Source: Lama glama
Taxonomy: Eukaryota
NCBI GenBank assembly: GCA_028534125.1
Contig: CM052818.1
Span: 3,474,001-3,538,000 of the forward strand
Direction of reading: 5' to 3'
Length of the DNA stretch: 64,000 nucleotides
A program made the position numbers and the translations under genes. Numbering within the stretch: position 1 is the first letter of the stretch; each line of letters opens with the position of its first letter. Below the pieces are notes generated by a model, which was given only the letters and a program-made list of their open reading frames with translations, had not been told where the DNA came from and ran no database searches. Shown here piece after piece: positions 25,386 through 35,010 of this stretch.

Positions 25386-25625
25386 GGAGAAAGATGGAGG
25401 CCAATGACTCTAATTCCAAATAAGCTTTCTCATCTATTTTAGGATCTACTGAAATGTCCTTAGAGAAAATCTAGCCTTTTAAGGAAAGTGCAGAGAACAT
25501 GCCTCCTGTGGGCTTGCTTTGAAGGAATGTTTTAGCAGGCGCTGCAATGCACCCTAGAGGTGGCTGCGCTGATTTGTGAACTGAGGTGACAACATCGACT
25601 CCCTCGGGAAGAAAACATGCTGTTT
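25386..25625 (-). pseudogene. Candidate fossil exon (240 nt, phase 1-1)
   Basis: cttcctgtgtAG|...ctcc|GTAAGA; reads TACFLPEGVDVVTSVHKSAQPPLGCIAAPAKTFLQSKPTGGMFSALSLKG*IFSKDISVDPKIDEKAYLELESLASIFL (1 stop in 79 codons). Confidence 0.55.
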
Positions 25626-25659
25626 CTACACAGGAAGTTTAGCTACAATGATACTCCTT

Positions 25660-25750
25660 GAGACAAGAAGAAAGAGGAAGAGGAGGAGGCGGAGAAGAGG
25701 AAGAAGGAAAAGAGGGAGAGGGAGAAACAGACGAGGAGGAGAAGAAGAAC
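25660..25750 (+). repeat. Purine-rich (GAG/GAA) low-complexity tract
   Basis: GAAGAAAGAGGAAGAGGAGGAGGCGGAGAAGAGGAAGAAGG... Confidence 0.85.
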
Positions 25751-26896
25751 AGTAGCAGCAATGCCACTGTCAACCCAAACACAGCTCAGTTCAATATTCA
25801 GACTAAAGAAAGCAAGAACTTTTTCCCCCCCAGACCACCCTTCTCTACTCCTCTCAAATGCCTCCTGAGAAAATTCTGGGACTAATTACAAGCCAATTAC
25901 AAGAGGGCTGTTGCAGAATTAGGGAGAGCAGGTGGAGGTGAGAAATAACCTATATTGAGGGGTCATGAATTTGCGGAGGGGGCGGGGGTAATGGGCAGGG
26001 ATTTGGAACTACTTTCAGTATCATCTATCAGGAAATCTAGGGATGGAAAAAGGTACCAACCAGCCTTCCAAATCTTTTGCGTTTGGCAGATGAAATCACG
26101 TTGTCCACTCCCACTCTCGGCACTCGGATGATCAGGTAAAATCAGCATCAGGAGGGGAATCTTGAAGTGAAAAGAAATGACAGAAGGTCAGCCTAGAGGT
26201 TTTTCGGGGAAGGGGGTTAGTGAAGGTCAGGTCCACCCACAGCATCAGAAAAGGTGGAAGAATTAAGGGTCACCGTCAAACCAGCCTCAAAGTTTGGGGT
26301 CGAGCCAAGGGTTTGGGTCTCCTGGTACCCTAGGATTTGCCCTGCCACACACCCTTTAAGTTTTTCAGTTTGAGTCTTGCCTGTAGATTTCCTGAAAAGA
26401 CACCGTCTTATTAAGCGTTCTCACCGTGCCTAGCTCAGAGCTGACCTCTGAGCCAGTTCTCAATAACACCTAGGAGCAAAATCGCCTTTTGAACTTGGAG
26501 GAAGGACTCTGGGCTTATTTACGTTAAGGTGGTGTGCGGGTGTGGCCTGGCACCAGCTGCCAGCAAAAATTTCCGGCTCACCCTCTCCTCTTTCAGCTCT
26601 GCCCAGGTAACATCGGTGAGCCTCGCAGGACGACTAGGGGCTAAGTGGTTAAGCCGCGTCCTTCAGGTGTCAGCCTCGATCCATTCGGAAACCACAATCC
26701 CCAGAATCCCTTGTGCAAGGAGGTCAAGCCGCAAATAAGATGGCTCCAGAAGGGTGGAACATGCAGCAGGATGGAAACCCTAGTCCCTGGCAGTTTCTCT
26801 ACCGGATATATTTAAATTACAGCACAAATGCACCACCCCACTAACTACCTTCGTGGCGGAGTAGGCCACCGCAGACGCCCTGCTGGCTCCTCCAGG

Positions 26897-26958
26897 GGCA
26901 TGCTGGGAGTTGTAGTCCAGCCGCTAGTCTGCGCCGAACTACCTTTCCCATGGCGCCC
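26897..26958. promoter_or_regulatory. Pair of oppositely oriented ZNF143/THAP11 (ACTACAnnTCCCA, SBS2) motifs
   Basis: Minus strand ACTACAACTCCCAGCATGCC at 26897-26916; plus strand ACTACCTTTCCCATGGCGCCC at 26938-26958; degenerate third copy ACCACAATCCCCAGAATCCC at 26691-26710. Confidence 0.8.
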
Positions 26959-27199
26959 TGCGGGTCGGGCAATATCAACGTTCTTTTCCAAAACTCTCTC
27001 CGCACTGAGACCCCCCTTTCCCCGGTTCCCTTCTCTCCGACAGCTCCTTCCAGTTGCGACAGAACGGCGGCCTCTGGAGGCCTTGGCCCCTGGCCGCGCC
27101 GCCCTGGGAGGCACTTCCGGCGGCGGTTCACTTCCTGGTTGGGTGGATGGAGCCGGGCGGGGGCGCGCGCGGGGGAGGGGCGGCGGGTCAGTCTCCGCC

Positions 27200-27353
27200 C
27201 GGAGCTCCCGGGATCAGCTGGCGGGCGGGCGGGCGCCGAAAGCGGCCCCGGCTCTGGCTGCAGCGCCGCCTCCTCTCCGCGTCGCAGGCCGGCCGGGCGG
27301 CCGTGACAATGTTGCGGGGCTGCTAGCTGGTGCCGGCCGCCGAGCCGTCTCAA
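27200..27353 (+). other. AAK1: AAK1 non-coding exon 1 (start approximate)
   Basis: GC-rich segment downstream of ETS/GC boxes ending in donor CAA|GTGGGT at 27353/27354, giving a 299-nt intron to the 27652 acceptor. Confidence 0.7.
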
Positions 27354-27652
27354 GTGGGTGCCTTCGGGATGCTGCCTCGCGGGGCGGTGAGGAGACCGGG
27401 AGGAGGGGAGGCAGTGCCCGGCTGGGTCGGCGCTGCCCGAGGTGGCCCGAATCCCTCCTTTTTCAGAGCCCCGGGCACGGGGGTCCCGGGTTCTGGGCCC
27501 CGGGATGTGTTTTCAGCCCCAGGGTTTTTCTCTCTAAGAAAATGCATGAAGCGTTTCCCTAGGATGATGGCTTTTGCTCCCCCTAGGACTCAGCAGTTGA
27601 ATTTTTAAGTGTGTTACTGATTCATCCTCTCTCTCTTCCTCTGTCATCACAG

Positions 27653-28073
<421 letters not shown>

Positions 28074-30584
28074 TAAAATCTTGTGCTGATGCAGCAAGAC
28101 TCTGGTTTCTAGTTGTTGAATGTATGAATGGGTTTTGACCAATTGACCCTCCCTTCCCCCTTCCCTTGCCTTGTGAATGACTGTCCTTGAGAAATTTAAA
28201 ACTGAGATTTGAAAGTGACAGGGCTTTATGGGGTGGGGGAGTTTGCCGAAAATTATTTACCTAGGTGGCCTTTATGTATTTATTTTTAAATACTGAGAAG
28301 CCAATTGCTGCCTGCCTCAGTGAATTATGAGAATCCAACAAGAAAACGTATGTGTGAAAGTATGAAGCTTCACCTCAAATGTAGGATTCAGGGCTTGTCA
28401 TCCTCCTAAAACTTGAAATATTGATTTGAGGGCCAAAGGGTGGGGATGGAGGACCTTTAAAAAGAAAGAGGGGTTTCCCCTCATATCCAACTTTCCCACT
28501 CCCATGAGCAGGCATTGGAAGGCAGAGAGGCTTTTTGGAGAATAGGAATGTGTTTTTCTGAGAGCCAGGGCTCTTGGTGGATTTGACTAGGTTTGTTTCC
28601 TGACCCAACTATAATCAGGCCCCCAGGATGTAGCTAAGATAACAGAACTTACATGAAATGAAATGTGGTTATTTTGAAGTCAGTCCAGTAGGCCCCTCTT
28701 CCGCCTGTTCTTGTTTTTTGGTTTTGGATTTTGTGTGTGTATGTGTTGTTTTTTTTTTTACCCCCTGCCAAAAGAACTTGAGAGAGTGGCATCTGATTTT
28801 TGATTTTCCTCTACGGGAGAGGATGTTACTTAGATCTGTGTAAATTCCCTATGTGTGTGTTCATCTGTATGTCTTTAGACACGTAGTTGTATATCTTTAT
28901 CCTCCAGGCTTTCTGGATATCTTTTTATGTCTCTTTTGGTAACCTTAACCTCGACCTTCATAATTATGCCAGACTCATACTTTTCACAGCCCATTGCCTG
29001 CCTAGTGTGCTTTTATTTTTAATAAAAGCAGCAATTTCCTTGGCGTGAAGCTATTCAAACTAATTGGATGGGGCCAACCTGCTGTAGGTTGTGTTATTGG
29101 CTGAGAGGGGATGGGGGAAGGGGAGGCCTCTATTACTGCAACATGGTGGGGGAACAGTTTTTCAGCTGGGGAAGGAGCCTTTCTGCAAGCTAGGCTTGGA
29201 GCTAGGGTCCTGACCTGGACCTGGGAAATGCCGGTTGTGGTGAGTGTTGCAGGCGGTGGGTCGGGAGGAGGTAGAAGCTGTGTTTGGCTCTCAGCCTGTG
29301 TCAGCACGGGATTTAGCTGGGCCCAGTTTGCCGGGGTTAGGGTTGAAGCCTTTATTTTAAAAGCACTGTTTTTTAAAAGATCTGGCAATAAATGTCCTTG
29401 TGAAATCATTGCTCTTTTCCATCCTCAGTACTGCTCTAGTTGGACTTAATCCGGGGCCTGAGTCACTGTCCCTCTGGATCTTTCCCTGTGGGCTTTGGTG
29501 CAGGATGGGAGAAGCTCCTGTGCCCGCTGCCAGATCCGCACCCTTGAGTCTGTTCTGTCTCTTTCATCCCTGCCAAAGCCCTTGACTGCAGCGGGATGGA
29601 GAAATGGAGGAGTGTGCGTGAGAGAAATCTGGAGGGATGAGGGGGCGCAGAGCTCTTTCCTTCCCTCTCAGTGGCCTCTGCTGACCTTATAGTCCAGAAA
29701 CATTTCGTTCAGCTAGGATATTGTCTCATTAGAGATGGGGCTACCCTAAGCGGTGCCTCTTCTCAGAGTCTAAGTCAATGGGGAAGAGAAAAGGCAAAAT
29801 TGGTCTTTGTTATCCAGGCTGCCCTCTTCTTCCCCAGAATTTATCCCTGAGAATTCCACATTGTACATTATGGTATCTTCAAGTGGTACTTAGGACTTGC
29901 AGCTCTGCCTTCATTCATTTTTTTCATTCAACAAACAGGCAGAGTCTCTGAAAATCCAGGCACTGGGCTAGCCTCTGGGGATACAATTTAAAACTAGATG
30001 CTGGAATTTACAAACTACTTTGAGAGATGGAAACCATCCAGTTAAAGTAACTGGTATGTGCTATGACGGAGATAAGCTTAGGGGGCTGCGGCCTCCAATT
30101 TTAGAGAGCCAAAAATTGCATGCTGCAGGAAGTGACTGACTGAAGACTGAGTAGGAGTTTTCCAGGTATGGTGATGGTGTGGACGGAGACTCAGAGTAGC
30201 AAGAGAGTGCCGTGTAAAACTGAGTCTGGCAGTGTTGCCCTCTTTATGTTCTTTGACTGTAAATGAATTCGAATTTGTGGTTCTTAGAAGTATGCAGCTA
30301 TGTTGGAGCCAGTTTACAAAGTATTTGGGTGGTACCCACCAAGTACAAAGGTGCTACTAGGTTCTGAGAAGGGTATATGGAGCTTTAAAGAGTGATGCTT
30401 GCTTTTAAGGAGCTGTCGGTGAATTAGAGGAGACAAGGCAAGCATTCAGCCATGCAGCAGTGTAGTTACCAGCACTGTCTGTAGAAGCTGGCGGATCTAG
30501 GTTCTAATTCTGATCTGTTCTTTACCAGCTGTGAAACCTTGGGTAAGACGTTTCAACCTCTCTTGAATCTCTGTTTCCCTATGG

Positions 30585-30773
30585 CAGTGGTTCTCAAAGT
30601 GTGGCGCCTGGGTCGGGCATCAGCATATCTTGCGAGCTCGTTTGAAATGCGAATTCTCAAAAAAAAAAAGAAAGAAATGAGAATTCTCAGGCCTTGCCCC
30701 ATAAACTGTGGGTGTGGGGCTTCCACAAGTTCCTGGAGAGATTTTGCTGCAAGCTAACATTTCAGAAGCACTG
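30585..30773. mobile_element. MER5A-like hAT MITE nested in a MIR
   Basis: CAGTGGTTCTCAAAGTGTGG...AGAAGCACTG termini; 8-bp TSD CCCT(A/G)TGG at 30577-30584 and 30774-30781. Confidence 0.85.
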
Positions 30774-33700
30774 CCCTGTGGAGCGGTCTTGAAGACTAAA
30801 TGAGGCAATGTACGTAAATTATTGAACGTTTTTCAGATGTTCAATAATTGGTAGCCGTTATTTACCAGCTACATATATGTGTATAACATGCATATGTAGT
30901 TAAAGAGGAGTGGGGGGCAGTGTGAAAGCTAGTTCCACTGCGGCAATCTGTGGCTCTCCTTTCCCCCTTTGTGGGTGGACAGAGCCAGATGTTCTTTCAG
31001 AGCCCTCAGCAGCTCCTTAAAGGGTCCACAGATGTTTTGGGGAGCCATATGCCTTCTTGGACCCTCTTCTCTTTGAGTCCCCAGGTACCGACCTTGCCAT
31101 CCGTCCCAGCCAGAGTTGTCTAAGGATGATGCGAGTTGTGCCTTAGGTGCCCAGGGCAGTGGCCGAGTGGTTCAGGGAATGGTGGTGTGATGGGCTTCAG
31201 ACACAAGACCCTGTTAACCACCTCATCCCTCTGACCATTCCCTTCTCCTCCATGTGGGTTTGGTCTGTGCTTTGTAGTGAGGAACTGCAAGAACCCCAAG
31301 GAGGTGGTGCCAGAGTAAGACAGGAGATGGGCAGCCAGCTCGCCATCAGCGCCACCAGCCCTGCTCACCAGGTTTCACTGACTAGTCCACCGGGGGTTTG
31401 TCTGGGGGAGGTGAAGGCTCTCAGTCAGGACTTCAGAGGGACCTGGCTCTCTCTAGGCTGGTACAGGGGAGGATATTTTCTCTCTAGCTTCCTCCAGGAA
31501 GATGCCATGATAAGATGCTAAATCACGTCTGAGGTAACGGGCACATGATGTCAAGGGGAGCTTTGGTTTAAGCTTCCAGAATGAGCTCAATGGGTAAAGT
31601 GGAACAATGCTCAAAGGAGGGCTGAGAAGCTGTGCTTTTACCATCCCTCCTGCACTGTATGGGACCTTACATTTGAGTTCTCGACGATCAGTAAATGTTG
31701 ACTACCTGCTGTGTCCAGGACAACATTCCAGAACTTCATCAGTTCTGTCTAAGGCGGGCCAGGTGGCTCTTTAGGACAGTTTTCTGACCTCTGTTAAAAG
31801 GAATTCAGGTCTCGGGCTAATGAGAACTACTGAGTTTCCATGTCAATAAACTTTGACAATTTCTCCTACCTACGGTACAAGATAGTGAGGCTTAAAAAAA
31901 AATGTGTGAAACCACCTGAGCCAAACAAACATGTACGTGTGTCTGTGTGTATAGATATGTGTATGAATGGCATATGTATGTACTCTTGGTATCAATATTA
32001 CGCGTGCCTGTATTCATTTAGTGGATGTTTGTTGGTGCCTTCTTTGTGGCAGGCACTGTGTGTTAGGCTCCAGAGTACTGGAACAAATGGGACTTGGGCC
32101 AGGCTCTTAAGGAGCTCACAGCCCAACAAATAACCCTAAGATAAGTGTCCAGCACTTAGCACGGCCCTGGGGGTCTAGTAGGTGGTAGAAAGATGTCATG
32201 AGGTGATAAAAGAGAAAGGGGCCTGGGGCTGACGGTTTCCGGACAAAGTGCCGTTTGAACAGGAGTGGAAATTACCCAGCAGGTGTTCCAGATGAGGGTG
32301 ACCCAGGCCTTTCTAAGCAGGAAGAATAGCAAATGCAGAAGTGAGGAGAGGGGAGACAGTATGATGAGTTCTGGGAGTACCTACTAGTTGGGTGTTACCA
32401 TTTTGGTTAGTACAGGTTTCCCTTTTAGAGTCCAGGAAAGAGGGATGTGATGAGGTTGGAGGAACTTCTTTTACTTTTGCTCCCCGGCTATGCTGGCTGC
32501 TCACTTTCCTCAGTGGCTCTAGGCTTTCTGAGTAACTCCTGACCAGCTGTCCAGGATGCCCCTGCCCCACTCTGTGCCTCAGCCCTGTAGGGGGAGGCAA
32601 GGAGGTGGCTGGTGTCTGGGGACACAGTGGTCCCGAAGGTTCGAAGAGCCGTAAGAAGCTTGAAGCACAAGCAGGTGGGGCAGTGGGGTGACCAGTGTTA
32701 CAGAAAGGACTGGGGAGACAATGAGGGTGTTTGACCAGAGCAGAAGGTATGTTGGAGAGAAAAGGAAATAAGGCTGCGGAGAGCTTCAGTGCCAGGCAGG
32801 GAGGTTGGTGACGAGCATGTGAGGTCTCCTCTTGACGCAGACACCCGTTTGACCCCTCCCACCTCAGATGTCTTTGCCTGCTGGGAAGTCTGGTTTTTTA
32901 GTGGCAACTGCAGATTTTCAGGGGGTGGTTTGTGAATGGTGTATTCTTCCTGGCTTCGGGCATGATGACGGTTATAGCTTTGCTAATTATAGCCAAATCC
33001 AGAATTCAGAAACGAAATCCAGAATAAGCCATTGCATGGTCAAAGCCTTTCCTGCGGTCTTTCTAACGAAGTCATGCTCGTTTAATGAGAGGTCTTGAAG
33101 AGAGGGAAGCAGTTTCATGTGGGTTTTGAGTGGAAGGGGGGATACACTTGCACCTGAGGAGCTAAAACTGCATGTAGAGCACACAGGAAAAGCTTGGTAA
33201 ATACTAATAAAGTGCACATGAAAAAATACTGCTGCCCCAGAGCAGTCATTTTCACCCGCAGCATTTGAAAGCTGACATTTCCGAAAGGAGACTAACCCCA
33301 CTGTCTCTCTTCATCTTGTACTCTTCAAAGGGTAGGTGCTTTCTGAGCCTGCTTAAGAAGTAACTGTGACATCGGCACCTCAGGAGCCATACAGTGATAA
33401 CCATAGAAATGGCATTTTCTGTTGATGGAGCATCCAGCTCTTGAAGTAGCAAAGAATAGCCTTCAGCCGACTTTTCTGGAGCCATCTTTCGGTGTGGAGG
33501 GAACACTGTGGTGTTATTGGGAGATCCAGGCTCCTTGGCTTATTCATGGCCTCATTCAGTAACTGTCACTGTGTGCTAGACATCGTACGGTAATTAAACA
33601 AGACATGGCTCTGCCTCAAGTCAGAGAACTTCAGACGCATGCGCAGATAGCTCAACGTGCTGTAACCAAGGGTATAAAAGGGCCCCGGAAACGGACACAA

Positions 33701-33884
33701 AGAAGCCGTTAATTTTGAGGCGTGAGGAGTAGTCGGGGAATGATAAAGAAAGGTGGTATTTGAGATACATCTTCAAAAATAAGTTCTCCTTACCCGATGG
33801 ACAGGGTCAAGAGAGAGGAACACGGCCAAAGATAAACAAAAGCAGGAAAGGGTACTGCTTGCCGAGAGCTGTATGTTTTGACCC

Positions 33885-34090
33885 AGCAGTGATCCACTAG
33901 TGGTCCAGGGCCAGTAAAGTAGCCACTGGCCACAGGTGGCTATTTCAATTTAAATTATCTAAAAGAAAATAAAAATTTAATTCTTCAGATGCACTCGCTT
34001 AACAGCCACATGTGGCTCCTGCCTACAGTTTTAGACAGCACAGATGGAGAATATTTCATCATCACAGAAAGTTCTGTTGGGCAGTGTTGG
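33885..34090. mobile_element. MER3/MER33-like hAT MITE
   Basis: GTAGCCACTGGCCACAGGTGGCTATT...AGCCACATGTGGCT...CATCACAGAAAGTTCTGTTGG. Confidence 0.7.
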
Positions 34091-34802
34091 TTTTGAACCA
34101 TAGCCCTTTAAACTTTTTGGATAGAGCAGCACCCTCCATTTACAGACATACAGTCCCTTCATATGTGTCTGCTTGTTTATTTTTGTTATATTCATGTCCT
34201 GCTATCATTAGGTAATACCGATGGCACAGTATATATGTAAAATGAAGTTCGTCATTTATGATAGTGGACACAAGTCCGTAATTGGAATAATCTCAGTAGG
34301 GTTTTGGGGTTTTGGTGAACTTCTAGTTGTATCTTATTAGATTGTGATTGTTTCTGCATCGTAGTGACTGATGAAGAGGGTACCAGGAATAGAAATCAGA
34401 CTCTGCCATTCTCAAGTTGCTCAAGTGTGCTTCTGTTATCTTTAATCCAAGGTTTCTTTGCAGGAATCTTTTTAATCCCCTTGTTTGTTTTGTGAGGGCT
34501 AAGCCATTTAAAACAAATGTAATCAGTAAATGCACTTAACCAAGCACACAGGCTGCGGTGCATCTCAGCACATCTCAGCCTCTGCTACAGAGCGCTTACT
34601 CTTGCCCCAGGATTCCATCCCAGTGGTCTGAGACACGTGACTGACGTATGGGCTGAGTGGAAGCACTAGTGCTGGGCCATATATTAAATATTAATAAAGG
34701 TAAAATCTTATTTTTTAAGATGACTAGTAATAGAAATCTCATATTGTCTTTCTAAACCTAGTGGATTGCTTTGTGTACCTGTTTGGAGACCACTGGTCTA
34801 GT

Positions 34803-35010
34803 GCGGTGGTTCTCACCCAGGGGTGATTATCCCCAGGTGACATTTAGCAAGATCTGGAGACATTTTTGATTGTCACAAGGAGGGGAGTAATACTGGCATC
34901 TAGTGGTTCTAGGCCAGGGATACTGCTAAGCATTCTGCAGTGCGCACAACCCACCCCACCCCCAGCCCCCGAACAGAATCATCCAGCCCAAAATGTCAGC
35001 AGTGCCACGG
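34803..35010. mobile_element. MER20
   Basis: GTGGTTCTCA...TCTGGAGACATTTTTGATTGTCACA...CTGGCATCTAGTGG...CCAGCCCAAAATGTCAGCAGTGCC. Confidence 0.85.

Larger units (their letters stand above)
2571..26790 (-). pseudogene. Candidate decayed multi-exon protein-coding gene (unitary pseudogene), family not recognised, head-to-head with AAK1
   Basis: Minus-strand candidate exons: (~26790)-26582, 26469-26425, 26160-26061, 25625-25386, 22457-22265, 17351-?, 16557-16485, 16190-15893, 15417-15340, 14071-14030, 13763-13639, 13523-?, 9926-9758, 7427-gap and ~3485-2571. They have polypyrimidine-AG/GT signals, mostly matching phases and scattered stops. Confidence 0.6.

Noticed and set aside
25658..25885. Glu-rich 75-aa ORF
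   Set aside because: Translation of a purine-rich simple repeat.
26799..26848. Possible extra minus-strand intron (GAAG|GTAGTT ... TAG|)
   Set aside because: Only 50 nt, too short for a normal mammalian intron, with a poor polypyrimidine tract.
26828..27608. Overlapping long ORFs (244, 170 and 118 aa) on both strands
   Set aside because: Ala/Gly/Arg/Pro-rich products expected from a stop-poor CpG island; no recognisable domain.
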